Part shown: positions 1-12,529 of the stretch, piece by piece | How positions within the stretch are numbered: the first letter of the stretch is position 1 | Layout: every line of letters starts with the position of its first letter | Assembly (NCBI RefSeq): GCF_030684315.1 | Contig: NC_081401.1 | Span: 3,668,582-3,732,581 of the forward strand | From: Stegostoma tigrinum | Lineage: Eukaryota | Direction: 5' to 3' | Length of the DNA stretch: 64,000 bases | Translations under genes and position numbers: made by a program | The notes under the pieces: model-generated | Databases searched by the model: none | What the model saw: only the letters and a program-made list of their open reading frames with translations | What the model was told of the DNA's origin: nothing

Positions 1-870
1 GTAATGCAGGAAAAGATAGGAATACGAATGGCAAATAGAATGTTGGGATTTAGTTCTCAAGGGCTGGAACGCAAATGCAGGAGAATTTTGCTACAACCGT
101 ACCAGGTACGAGAGAAGCTGCATCTGGAGTACTGTATATAGTTTTGACGATCTTATTTGAGGAAGCATACTCCTGCATTGGGGGAAGCTCAGACCTGTTC
201 TCTGTGGAGCTACGACGGCTCACAGCGACTGGGATATGGGTTCATTTATACCCTCAGGTGGACTTCTGTGTGGAGTTTCCAAATGGTCCCCGTTTCTTCG
301 AGGAGCTCCAGTTTACTCTCAAAGTCCGAAGATGTGCAGACGAGGTGGATTGGCCATAGTAAATTGTCCAATTTGTTCAGGGATGTGTAGCCGATAGAAC
401 TAAAGGGAAAGGAAATGGTTCTGGGTGAGATGGTCTTCGGATGGTCAGTGTCGACTTGTTGGGCCAATGCGAATTTTTCTGCACTGTAGGAACTCTATGA
501 TCGAATTGTGGAGGATAAGATACTAAATGTGATTGACAAAGTAGATGTGCAGTCGCCGTTTCTGAAGTATGGAAAATCTAGAATGATAGGTCGTATTTTT
601 AAGGACAAGGGACAGTGGATTTGGAAAAAAGATGAGAAGGAATTAATTGTCTCAATCTATTGTCAATGACTTCACTATTCCTGAGTGTACTGCAATGAGG
701 CAACATTCAGTCAATTTATTTTGTGCATTAATAGACTCTTAATCTGTAATAGACTAAAGCGTTGTGGACAGCAGTCAAGGAAGTGGAGCTCAGATCGAGA
801 TGAAATCAGGATTATTCATATCAAATGTTGGAACAGATTCCTGCGGCTGAATAGCCTTATGCTGTTGTGC
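1..870 (+). mobile_element. Degraded CR1-type LINE 3' fragments, interrupted by a SINE
   Basis: Degenerate CR1 ORF2 C-terminal text (HLEYCIQF-like at ~121-145) and CR1 3'-UTR-like sequence at ~780-870. No intact ORF. Confidence 0.6.
213..500 (+). mobile_element. HE1-type tRNA-derived SINE (degraded)
   Basis: Contains the diagnostic motifs 'ctgtgtggagttt', 'aagatgtgcag..aggtggattggccat..taaattg' and the 3' tail 'gacttgttgggcc...cactgtagg'. The same motifs recur at 27240, 43195, 52065 and 61130. Confidence 0.7.
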
Positions 871-1010
871 AATGAATGATCCGAAGCCTTGTGATAGTTG
901 AGTACCTATAAAGCACGTTTATTTAAAGGGTGTTAAAGTATTTGAGGTGCATGCACTGTTATCAAGAACCGTTGCAGAAGATTGACACCTCGCTCAAATT
1001 TTTTCTCTCC

Positions 1011-1901
1011 TCACTGCAGGCACTGAGGAATTATGGTGAAAGGCCATTTAAGCATATTCCTCAGCTGTTCTCTGAATTTACGCTGTGTCACGACGTAGAC
1101 ACAAGTACTAGTGCAGCAACTGCGACATAAAACCCAACTCCCACACGTGACCATCAATCCACACAGATCTTAGTCCTAAATTGTACATCCGCATCCAGAC
1201 AGAATAAATCATTAATGTTGACCATAACAAGATAAAATTGGCGGAAATACCCAGCAATAACATAATGGATTTCCATCGACTCTCCATCTCTGTGTTTTTG
1301 TGAGTTTTCTTCCTGCTGGAAGCACGGAGTCGCCTGCGGGATTTGCTACTCACTAAAATGTGTCTGACTGTGAAGATGTTGAGGAGTAAAATCAAAAGAA
1401 ATGGAACACATGGAGTTAGTAAGTTGTGGAGAAACTCAACTGTCACCCAGACCGGAGAGGACTGAACATTGTCCAATGCAGCACCAAACCAGGGGAAGTT
1501 CATTTGTTGATACTCGCTCGTTAATGCAAAGTACCAGAAAATATTCTTCAAGCTGCTCACTGTAGTGACTGTCCCCAAGGCTATCGCTGCCGTTTTCTCA
1601 CTGCAATATTTACTTTTCAGCTTTTGGCAACAAATGGCCACAAATTGATCAAAGGTGAACGCCACAGTGAACCAAACAGAGCAGTCACTGACTGCACAAA
1701 GCAGGACAGCATGAATGTTGCACAAGGGAAGTTCCAACAGAAAGGAGAACGTTCTTCGGTAAAGGATTGGTAACTGTCTCAAAATCAGATCGAAGATAAT
1801 GACCCGTAGATCTGAAATTGCCATGGCTACCAGATGACATGTGATGCAATTAGAAAGACCACATCTTCTGCGAGAAAGAATCCTAATTGTGAGAAGGTTA
1901 A
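1011..1901 (-). pseudogene. GPR139/GPR142-like class A GPCR, copy 1, coding exon 2 (TM1-TM7), frameshifted in TM7
   Basis: Acceptor ttcccttcctcgcag|TTAAC at 1902/1901. Translation: VNLLTIRILSRRRCGLS..LVAMAISDL..CSVWFTVAFTFDQFVAICCQKLKSKYC..EMESRWKSIMLL. The ORF stops at 1108, but an alternate frame continues SCCTSTCVYVVTQRKFREQLRNMLKWPF to a TGA at 1013-1011. DRF has become DQF, and the expected ECL2 Cys is Gly (PWFG). Confidence 0.9.
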
Positions 1902-2589
1902 CTGCGAGGAAGGGAAGTAAACATGGTTGCATTACAGACAGGAAGAAGTAATAACATCAGTTCAATCGAGGACTGTTTGAACTGCATAATGTTTTGACAC
2001 AGAACAATCATATTGATACATAACAATTGCATTTTAAGAGGCAAATTGCCCTTTATCGTACCAGCCAGTGTTCTTGAAATGGAAAGTAGGAACAGCTACA
2101 AAGGAGTAACTGTTGTCCACAGGGGAACAACAGAATCAAATTTGCAACAGGAGATGATTGGATGAGCAGAATGTTAGAGTGGAAAATCTTCAATCGAGTT
2201 GGTACCAAGTCGAGGCATTCAGACTATCAATCTTTCCATTTAATTAGTATCTTGCGCTTTTATTCTACTTCCCAAAAGTGCAAAACATCACATTTCTCCA
2301 CATTGTTTTCCATCGATCAGCTGTTGTCCCACCCTCCAAACACCTCTTTGTGTCATCGCCAACACTTGCTTCCCCTTTTTTTGACTGTCAGTGAAATCGT
2401 GGCTGATCAGATCACCCTCAGCAACATTTTTCTGTCTTTTCTCACCAGCGCGTGAATTCAAGATGTCAGCCTGAAATACATTGAATGGTACTGCCTCGGC
2501 AGTAAAATGTTGTGAAAGATTCCACAGCAGTCCAGGGACGGGGAATTTTGCAGGGAATATCTCCTCTCCTGACTCCTTAGCAAATCCTG

Positions 2590-3120
2590 TCCTCTGTCTT
2601 ACATGGTCCGAATCAGGAGTGTGATGGAAAACTTTCCATTTGCCTGAAGGGTTTGGAAGTCCAAAACCCTCGAGAACCTTGATATTATTCAGGATAAAGC
2701 AGCCTGCTTGATTGGAACCACATCCACAAAGATTGCCCGTCACCCCCTCAACGTTCATGTTCAATGGCAGCAGTGAGAATTGTCGACATGATGCATTTCA
2801 GGCATTCACAAAGGCTGTAACAATAGAACACCTCCCAAACCCAGGATAATGATCATTGAGAAGGACGAGGGCAGCAGATAGATGGGAATATTGCTCTTTC
2901 CAATTTTCTGTTGAAGCCACTCATCAAACTTTCCTTCACTGTCACTGGATCTAAATCATTGAATTCCCACCCTCAAGGCATTTCAGATCTGACGACAAAA
3001 CACCGAATTCAGAGCTTCAAGAAAACATCTAACCACCACCTACTGAAAGGGTCAACTAGGGACAGGCAACAAATATTGATTTCTCCAGGTACTCCCATAT
3101 CTCACCCGTGAATTAACCAA
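2590..3120 (+). mobile_element. 3' fragment of a second LINE family (CR1/L2-like), degraded
   Basis: Homologous by eye to 10260-10770 ('caggataaagcagcctgcttgattgg', 'agaaggacgagggcagcagata', 'ttccttcactgtcactggatctaaatc'). Confidence 0.65.
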
Positions 3121-3459
3121 CAGTAAATAATTTTTTTTGTTTTAAAGTTTCTTTATCATTTAATGATCAGTTGAATGTCCCATGTGTTATTAACAATGGG
3201 GACTGTCCTTTCAATCACCTCACTGAGGATCCAGATTACGTTAAGAGGACGACATTTCTGTTCTGGAGATATATCAGTTGGGGACATGATGAGTTGTTTT
3301 GTGACAGTTGACAATAATTAAAGGGTGGCCATGAGTCTAGTATTTCTTTCCATGCCTTTATCGAAAGCAAATATCACTACCTAGCCATGTTACTATGAAT
3401 CGCAGAACACTTGTGCCCACATTCAGAAGGTCATGCAATGTGATAACGTAATTTCTGTT

Positions 3460-4030
3460 TTTTTTTGGCTAAAATAATGGGCTATTAATATAGGGAAGCG
3501 TTACTTTCTCTGGACAAGGCATTAGTGAGGCTACAACTTGAGTATCATGTCTAGTATTTTTTTCTCCAAAAAATGAAAGATGTTTGTGATTGCATTGGAA
3601 GAAGTTCAGAGGAGATTCCAGAGATGAAGGCTCGCATGAGGAGATTGCAGGCGTTCTGAACTAAACTGTCCTAAGTTATGGAGAATGACAGCAGTTCTAA
3701 CTGATGTGGAGAAGACGCTGAAACGGTTTGATACATTCACTTCTAGAGGAAGTTCCCCTGGTGGAGCAGGCTGGAACAAGATATCATGGTTTCAGGCTCA
3801 AGGCAAACAAATTTAAAAGAGAGATGAGGAGGAATTGCTTCCCTTAACGGGAATTCGGTGGAATTCACTACCACAGAGTAGGTGGACACCGTTATATTGC
3901 TCAAATATAAGGAGGAGATGGACGTATATTTATGGAGTGATTGGCAATAAAGAATGGGAGGAAAAGTCGAATTGTGACCGAGATGAAGTGTGTGAAGGCG
4001 AAACAGCCTCAACGGTCATTGTGAGTTTCA
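3460..4030 (+). mobile_element. CR1 LINE 3' fragment, degraded
   Basis: Remnants of ALVRLQLEY and LEEVQRRF motifs; many stops. Confidence 0.6.
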
Positions 4031-5159
4031 TGTCATTGTCTCTCCAACATGCGCTCAGATTCTAGATCGTTCTAATTGTGTCCTTGCCACTTTACCAGCG
4101 CACAAATAAAAAATATATTTGCAAGAGAAACAACAATTTTGACGAAAGGCCCAGGAATGTTGAAACTGGGCCAGAGATTGGCATTGGGGATTTATGCAGA
4201 TGCACAAATATTAAAGAGGGTCTTCACATTGAGGTAGAGTCACAGAGGGCATGAACATTGACAAGTGAACATAACATTCATCAGATGGGGCGGGGCGGGT
4301 GACCATTTGTTCGATGAGTTTTGTTCATGCATCTTTGTGACTGAACTGTGGTCAACTGAGATTCTGAAGAGTTCAGTTGCAAATGGGCAGATGTTGTTTC
4401 ACCTAGTTTTTGAATCAAAGAAGACTGACAATTTCGAGCTGATATTGGAGAGGATATGATATTAATGAATATTGGAAGATATAAGACTAATTGCTGACAT
4501 GGTGCGACTATTTTCACTGGAGTTAATAAAATTGGGTTGTGGGAGGTGGAATTCGAAAAGGACGAGACAGGTAAACACAGCAAGGATGTTCCCAATAATC
4601 GCAAAGTCCAGGCTGCCAGACTCTCAGGATAAACAGTAGGACTAATATTGAGAAATAGCCTTCATCCAGAGAGTGGCAAACCTGTGGAATTGTCTGCCAC
4701 AGAAGGAGTTTAAGACAAAAAGGCTGAATGTTTTCATGACAGAGTTGCATAAAGTTCTTCGCATTGAAAGGGGACAAAGGGTATAAGGAGAAGGTGAGAA
4801 CAGAGGACCGAGTTGGATTATCAAACTTGGTCGTTATGAATGGTGGAGCAAGCTGGGACAACCGATTGTACTCCTCTTGCTCGCAATTTCTGTTTCGATT
4901 TTTCAACCTGTCATACAAATACAAAGAATGGGAACAGCCTGTTTCAAACTCAATCTGAAGTAAGATCGGAGCCAGTTGTCAAGGACCAAATGTTACATTC
5001 TGCTCTGAAGTGGACTAACATCTACTCAAACGTGCATGTTAAAAGCAGACACGAATCAAACTTTTCAGAATGAAGAATGGACATGCATACATGACTTCGG
5101 GTTACCCAAACAGAATAACTTCCTCATGCATTTCACAGAACAAGATCTCTGTATACTCC

Positions 5160-6555
5160 CTAGCCAATGGAGTATTCCTGGAGGACTAACGAGTAGCTGA
5201 TGTTGTTCTTCTGTTTATGAAGGGAAATAGAGACAACCAAAGAAGCTCTAGATTGGGGAGCCTCATATCTTTGCATGGGAAGCTATTGCACAGAATTCTT
5301 CTCCATATCACTTCTGCACGTTTGGACAAGAATGGCCTGATTAGCGACAGACAGCATGACGTCAGGCGCATCAGGTCATGCCTTACAGACGAGAATGAAT
5401 TTTGTGAGGAGATGAAGATGGTGATCGACGTTCACTTGTCTCCGTTGTCTGCATAGCTTTTAATGAGGGTTTTGAATACGCCCCTCATGGTATGATCATT
5501 CAAAAGATTAAGATGATTGGGATCCATGATATCTTGTCCGCTTGGTTACTGAATCAGCAATGCCCAGAGAAGACAAAGGGTCGTGGTGGAAGCATGTCAT
5601 TTTTGGCAGGTGCTCCATGTGTGCTACTTGTATCGACACTGGGGCCTGTGCTATTTGCGATGCATATAGATAACTTCGTTTTAAATTTAGATGTGTGAGT
5701 TCGTAAGTTTGCAGATGATGCAAAGATCTATGGAGTTGTGGTTCATGCATCGATCGTGTCAAAAGATGCAGCAGACTGTGGATCACCAACAGATATGGCT
5801 GGAGAAATATCAGGTGGATATATATCGGGGTAAGGGTGAGTTGCTGCAGTTTGGGAGATCAAATGTTGTGGAAAAATATGCAGTTAATGGACCCGAACAT
5901 CACTGATGTACAGACGGATCTTGGGGTTCATTTCCATGGCTCCCTGAAAGTAGACACGCAAGCAATAGCTAGGATTGTGGAGAAGGCGTATGACATGCTT
6001 GCCTTTAGTGATCATGGGTTGAGAACGAGAGTCAAGTTCTCATGTTGCAGCTTTGTAAGACCTTGTTTTAGCCACAATGAGAGTGCTGCACTCTGTTCTG
6101 GAAGCCACATTACAGGAAGGATGTGGATATTTTTGAGATGGTGCTGAAATATTCGAGCAGGATGTTGTCTGGATTAGACAATACGAGCTATAAGGAGAGA
6201 CATGAAAAAATCGGGTTGTTTCTCTGGAGTGGCTGACGCTGAGGGAAGGCTTGATATAATCCCATAAAATTATGAGATACAAAGGTAAGTTTGATGGTCA
6301 GAATAATTTTCTTCCAGAGTTGAAACATTTAATTCGAGTCAGCCTGAATTAGGAACAGGCTACCAGAGGTGTTGGTGGAGACAGGGACAACAAGGGCTTT
6401 TGGGAAAATTTCGGACGGGATTATAAATATTTAAAGCATAAGTACATGGGCCATTGGCAGACAGAATTAATTAGGTTAATTTGGCGTCATGTTTTGTACA
6501 ACATCGCGGGCGAAGGACCCATTCTGATGTTGTATTGTTCTATATTCTATGTTCT
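5160..6555 (+). mobile_element. CR1 LINE RT and 3' fragment, degraded
   Basis: PEDxRVADVVLLFMKG, QHDVRRIRSCLT and SKFADDAK (agtttgcagatgatgcaaag at ~5706) motifs. Ends in a 'gttctatattctatgttcta' tail. Confidence 0.8.
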
Positions 6556-6719
6556 ACATTGACAGAAGATTTCCATATGCAATGTCAGAATACAGAGGGT
6601 CAACAAAGGAAAGCAGACAGCTGCTTGGGAGTGCAGGAGAGTGAACAAGTGGCAAACAGCCTCTTGAATTGAAAGGGAGCTTCTTCTTTTAAACTCAATA
6701 GTTGAACAGAGAGACGTAC

Positions 6720-6900
6720 CAGATATTCCAGCGAAACCAATGATAGGATAGTAGTAACTTTCAATTATGTATACCAGGTATTGTATTCGAGACCGCAATG
6801 AGAGGCGATCATAATACGTGGAAATTATGAAAAGGTACCAAGATAAACTCCTGAAATCACTTGTCAATGCCCAGTCTGTTGTTTCCAGATTCTGATCCAT
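6720..6900 (-). pseudogene. GPR139-like copy 1, coding exon 1 (N-terminus and start of TM1)
   Basis: MDQNLETTDW...IESYYYPIIGFAGIS followed by a phase-1 donor G|GTACGT at 6720/6719. It joins exon 2 in frame (TCT G|TT AAC = S-V-N). Intron 1902-6719. Confidence 0.85.
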
Positions 6901-7054
6901 TGAAGGAATATTCCAGTCGATTTTCCCGAGGTTGAGTATTATTCCAATTGATTGTTTCCAGATTCTGATCTGTTGTAGTATCGTTCCAATTGATTGTTAT
7001 CAGATTCTGATCACTTGTTCTGAAGTTCCAACCTCCTGCTCACAGATTCTGATC
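6860..7054 (-). repeat. 42-bp tandem repeat (~5 units) at and upstream of the copy 1 start codon
   Basis: GATCAGAATCTG starts at 7054, 7012, 6970 and 6897 on the - strand. Spacings are 42, 42 and 73; the last equals two units minus 11 nt. Confidence 0.85.
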
Positions 7055-7117
7055 TCTGACTGTCTGTCTCTCTATGTTAATATTTAGAATCACTGATGCC
7101 TCGATCTGCAGAGATGA

Positions 7118-7124
7118 TCTCTCT

Positions 7125-7185
<61 letters not shown>

Positions 7186-7190
7186 TGTCT
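7118..7190. repeat. (CT)n(GT)n microsatellite
   Basis: Seen directly; about 30 GT units. Confidence 0.97.
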
Positions 7191-7639
7191 TCTTTGGAAC
7201 GACTGAATGCTCAAAAATGCGGAGATGAAGCTTCCACCTACACTATTGAACATTTCACTGAAAGGAGCGGCTATTTGAACATAAGCAGGAAAGTGCTTAG
7301 CGACACAATGCAGATCCCAGGAGACTGGTGATAATTACGAGCTCCAAACTAACAGGTTCATTTAACTCTTTCGTTCCAGCACCATGTAAAACACTACAAA
7401 GATGATTTACATCTTCTAGACTGAATACAGAGGAGTGCGTTTCACAAAATGAGCGCAACTGATCATCATCTATCAATACTCCTGTGTACTGGACAGTAGT
7501 GGCAGAAATTTGGCGCTTCCAAATGCTCAATACTGTTACAAAATGTAGCAAAATACGACCACTAGATCTCCTGATTAGTCAGTGGGTAGGCCTCAGGACA
7601 AAGTGTTCTGCAGGGAAATAGGGTTAAAGTCGAAGCATG

Positions 7640-8870
7640 CATTGAATAGATGAGGAGAGATGTCTGCATTCAGTGATTGGCGAGCTTGTGGAATTCTCCA
7701 ACATCGAAAACTTTTGAGGCCAAAACATTGAATGTTGCTAAAAAAAAGGAGTTTGTGTAGTTCGTCTGGCTAAAGCAGGTCATGCCGAGAATATCTGAAT
7801 AGGATACTGTGTAGGATGATCAATCATGATCGCATTGAATGATGGAACAAGCTCAAAAGCCGAATGGCTTACTACTGCTCCCACATTCTATGTTAATGCC
7901 GCTTGGTGAATGAAAACAAGATAGAGTTGTGATGGGGGAGTACATTTTCAGGATTTTATCCTGCAACGCATGGATTGCCACAGTGAACAGTGCTGGGACC
8001 ATAATTATTTACAAAGTATTTCAGTGACTTGGATAACAGAGGTGAACGCACGAAGGTGATCGGTACAAAAGGTTGGAAAACCAAGTGGTGCGAATTACTC
8101 AAATAATCTGCAGAGTGATATAGATAGACTATGTGAGTGGGAAAAACCTTGGCAGATGAAATGTGATGCGGAGAAATGAGAGGAAATGCATGTTGGCAGG
8201 ATGAATAAAGGAGACAAAAATGATTTCAATGAAATAAAGCCTGGAAAAAGCTACAGAAGACTTTGGGGGTCCTTGTGCATAACCCGCCCCCCTTCCAAAA
8301 CAATGTCCCTGCCCAAGATACAGAAGTAATTAGGGAAGGCAAATCGAACGTTGACCTTTCTTTCAAAGGAAATGGAGTGTGAAGGTGGGAAGATTTTGTT
8401 CAAGATGTGCAAGGCACCAGTCAGACCACAGCTGGAGTACTCTGAGCAGGTTTGGGGCTCTTCTAGATGAAGTAAAATATACTAGCTTTGGAGGCTGTTC
8501 CCATGGAGGGGCTGTCTTATGAGGAGAGGTTGACTCACTTGGTTATAGAGGAATGAGTGGCGACTTTATTTCAACAAATATGACTTATCGGGAATTTGAC
8601 ACGAGATGTAGAGAATTTGCTTCCCATTGTGGGAAAGTTTAGAGCCAGGAGGAGTCGCCTCAGAACAAGGGAACATCCACTTAAGACATAGAATGATGAG
8701 GGATATCTTCTCACAAAGGACACAGAATCTGTGGAATTATATCCTGCGCAGTCTTGTCAAAGCTGGGACAGACAGAGTTTTAGTCAGGAATAGGAATCGA
8801 GGGAAAAATACATTAAAATGCATTTGAGGATGATCATATCATCCACGATCTCATTCAAAAGTGGACCAGT
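7640..8870 (+). mobile_element. CR1 LINE fragments, degraded
   Basis: Remnants of 'ctgcagagtgatatagatagactatgtgagtggg' (LQSDIDRLCEW) and 'gtcagaccacagctggagtac' (VRPQLEY). Confidence 0.7.
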
Positions 8871-9899
8871 CCCTTTTGGACCTAGTGTATTTCGAAAAAG
8901 CACCATCTAATTTTTCTAAACTCTGATGAGTCCAATCTCAACCTTGCTCAACATCTCCTCATCAGATAGTGTCTGGCTAGCTGGGATGAGCCTTGTGAAC
9001 CTGCTCTAGGCTGCCTGCAATATCAGTTCCGGGTAATGGGTACTTGATTGCTGTGTGGCAAGAGGATACTCTCCGCGTAACAGGGAGCAAGGGTCAGGCT
9101 TTGAATAGACTGCCCGACAGCCCTGCTCCACTGAGTAGCTCAAATTGTTCAGATTGCAAAGCGGAAAGGTGAATCGCTGTGCATCACTGAAGAAGGCATT
9201 AAAGAGGAACATTGGATGTTATTGAGATAGAAGGTATGTGAAGGGATGGAAGAGGAAGGCAGAGGACTGTCTTGAAGGCATCAAACTGGAACACAGACAC
9301 GATTGGATGGTCTATGCCACAACATTCTGTCATTCAGGGGTCTCTTCTCTTTTGAACCAAATCTAACCTTTAGTTGTGGCATCGGAATTTAGGAGCTGAA
9401 GACTGAGAGCGTGTACAGAGAATAAGGTCAAAAGAATGAGAAGTGTTTCTTGCTCTTGAAATGTTGCAAGCACTTGTGAGATAAAATTGGAGAAGAGTGA
9501 CAAGCCCAAAGCTCTGCCTGAAATGCATTGTTTACTCGATAGTGTCCCTGGCAAAGAGCTGTTTGGTTATTACTTGCTGCATTTGTGTGAATAAAACTCA
9601 TTGCATTCATGACCATTTTTGTTTTGTGTTCATTTCTCACGGGGAATGTCATTGAATCGTACAGAAATGGAAGAAGACCTTCGGCCTATCACGCCTTATT
9701 TTGAGAAAATGCCTACCTGGCTTTAGCTTCTTCCTGATAGAAATATGTTCTCTATATTTAACTGGTCAGGTTCCCTCAGAATTTTATATGGGTCATGAAA
9801 GCCTCAAATCATTTTTCAATTTTCCAGTGAGTACTCAACCAACCTATCCAATCTCTCCTCATAAGACATTACCCACATACCCGAGATCAATCTGTTGAC

Positions 9900-10770
9900 T
9901 ATGATATGGTCAGGCATAGAGGTATTTGGCAATGTTCAGCACTACTGTCGACTACCCAGGTACTGTGGCAGTGCATTTTCAAACACAACATGATCTGCAC
10001 AATGTTGAGTTTTCCACTGAAAGGACCAAGTTGCATGCACGCCACACCAATGTCAGGTTAAGACCATCTCTGATAAGAGGCAATCTAACCATCGCCTCTT
10101 GCAATTCAACTGTGGGATTCTCCATTATCAACATTCTTGGAATTACCTTGAAACAAAAACACAACTAGACTTACCACATTAGGACAGTTGTTTCAGAGGT
10201 ATCGGAATATTTTGGCAATTCCGTCAACTCCTGGCTCCCCAAGGCCTGTCCACGATCTCCAGTCAGAAGTCTGGAATCTTATTGAATACTCCCATGTGCC
10301 TGCATGAGCACAGCTTAAACAAGACTGTAAAATATTGACGCCAATCAGGACAATGTACTCCTCTTGATCGGCACCACGTAAGCAATTATGCATTCTCTCC
10401 ACCACCAAAACTCAATAGCAACAGAGTGCAGCATCTACAAGATACACTGTAGAAATTCATCAAAGAACCCCAGACAGCACCTAACAAACCCACAACCACT
10501 TCTCCCTAGAAGGAAAAGGGCAGCAGGTACATTGGAACACCTGCAAGCTCCAGTCCAAGTCACTCACCATCCTGACTTGGAAATATATCGCCATTCCTTC
10601 ATTGATACAGGATCAAAATCCTGGAATTCCCTGCCGAGGGTCTACCGACTCCACATGGAATTCAGCTGTTCAAGAAGGTAGCTCACCATCAATTTCTAAA
10701 TGGGGAAGACTCGATATGGGCAATCAATTCTGGCCTGCATGCAAATACCATGCACCAGACAATAAATACA
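9900..10770 (+). mobile_element. LINE (CR1/L2-like second family) RT C-terminus and 3' end, degraded
   Basis: INILGITL and 'tcagaagtctggaatcttattgaatactccca' remnants. The 3' tail 'gatatgggcaatcaattctggcc' is shared with 2590-3120. Confidence 0.7.
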
Positions 10771-11434
10771 AATCTCGCCCCTCTACCCATTCGCACCCAC
10801 CGTGTAGATTTAGGTATCATTTCTCTTCTCAACGATTTGAAAATGATGCTGCTTTGTCAGTGAACCTTTAATTGAAGATAGCGGATGCTTGTCCATGCCC
10901 CTCATAATCTTATTGTTGTAGTGAAATGTCCAGATGATTCAATTGACACACAGGTTCACTTTCAAAACCAAAGGGTTTATTGAAATTACAGCATTGGGAA
11001 GAAACCCTGTGAAAATTCAGAAAGCTCTTCACCTAAAAAAAGGAGGATATACATTTTTATGTGCTAATTTCAACCTGCCTTTACCACTTACATTCACATC
11101 ATTAATTAATTGCACACAGTTCGATTTCGGCGAAACATTGGGCTGAACAGTTAGAGATGGACAGGGCCTTGTTCAACCATTGGTTCATGGTTTCGTGTTG
11201 TCTATCAGGCTCTCCTATCTCCTTTCTTGGGACTTTTCACAATGGACACCGCATTCAAGTCTATTCCTTTCCAGACATTTGCCAGCTGCATTGTGTTAAC
11301 TGCCTATCACTTAAAGACTGCTAAAATGCTTTGTTAGGCTTAAAATGCACAAAACAAAATATTTTTTGAGATTTTTATCGGATCATGTCTCCCCCAGAAC
11401 ACTATAATTCTAAAACAAAAGAGACCAAAGCAGT

Positions 11435-12177
11435 TGATAATGGGAACTGCAGATGCTGGAGAATCCAAGATAATAAAATGTGAGACTGGATGAACACAGC
11501 AGGCCCAGCAGCATCTCAGGAGCACAAAAGCTGACGTTTCGGGCCTAGACCCTTCATCAGAGAGGGGGATGGGGTGAGGGTTCTGGAATAAATAGGGAGA
11601 GAGGGGGAGGCGGACCGAAGATGGAGAGAAAAGAAGATAGGTGGAGAGGAGAGTATAGGTGGGGAGGTAGGGAGGGGATAGGTCAGTCCAGGGAAGACGG
11701 ACAGGTCAAGGAGGTGGGATGAGGTGAGTAGGTAATAGATGGAGGTGCGGCTTGGGGTGGGAGGAAGGGATGGGTGAGAGGAAGAACAGGTTAGGGAGGC
11801 AGAGACAGGTTCCACTGGTTTTGGGATGCAGTGGGTGGAGGTGAAGAGCTGGGATGGTTGTGTGATGCAGTGGGGGGAGGGGACGAACTGGGCTGGTTTT
11901 GGGATGCGGTGGGGGAAGGGAAGATTTTGAAGCTGGTGAAGTCCACATTGATACCATTGGGCTGCAGGGTTCCCAAGCGGAATATGAGTTGCTGTTCCTG
12001 CAACCTTCGGGTAGCATCATTGTCGCACTGCAGGAGGCCCATGATGGACATGTCATCTAAAGAATGGGAGGGCGAGTGGAAATGGTTTGCGACTGGGAGG
12101 TGCAGTTGTTTTTTGCGAACCGAGCGGAGGTGTTCTGCAAAGCGGTCCCCAAGCCTCCGCTTGGTTTCCCCAATGTT
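11435..12177 (-). mobile_element. Penelope-like element (family 1), 5'-truncated: GIY-YIG C-terminus and 3' pseudo-LTR
   Basis: Minus-strand IGETKRRLGDRFAEHL...RRLQEQQLIFRLGTLQPNGINVDF. The 3' region is nearly identical to 41680-42381 and 15465-16163. Confidence 0.92.
11533..11560 (-). ncRNA. Minimal hammerhead ribozyme motif in a PLE pseudo-LTR
   Basis: Minus strand reads CTGATGA-A-GGGTC-TA-GGCCC-GAAAC-GTC: core boxes CUGANGA/GAAA, stem II, palindromic ACGT stem III and a GUC triplet. Stem I is short. Confidence 0.75.
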
Positions 12178-12529
12178 CTTACACTATGCCTCTACCTTCG
12201 TTTTTGAGTGTCTTACAGTTTGTTCATTCACCCTGCATTCTAAAGTCTGCTAGTTTCGGTATGTATGATTCATATCTCCCTATCATGACATGGGGACTGT
12301 TTATCGAGCATCATGCTAGTTCCTTCTCATAATTTCATTTGAATCTTTTCCTCTAATACTCCGAGTAATGTACATAGGTGAATATATAACTACTTCAGAA
12401 TCTGTATCGACGATTATTTGGCGAATTCTAACTGAAACCTGCAGATAGTACTGTAAAATATTGATTAAATCAGTAGAGATTTACCAATTAAATATTGAGT
12501 GAAATATTCTTGTCTATGTTACAAAAAAA

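Noticed and set aside
1108-1932. 274-aa ORF as a complete single-exon GPCR
   Set aside because: Its first 10 residues are intron (acceptor at 1902), the true N-terminus is at 6720-6900, and TM7 is frameshifted.
6860-7054. Regularly spaced repeats resembling a CRISPR array
   Set aside because: The intervening sequences are homologous to each other, the DNA is eukaryotic, and no cas genes are present.
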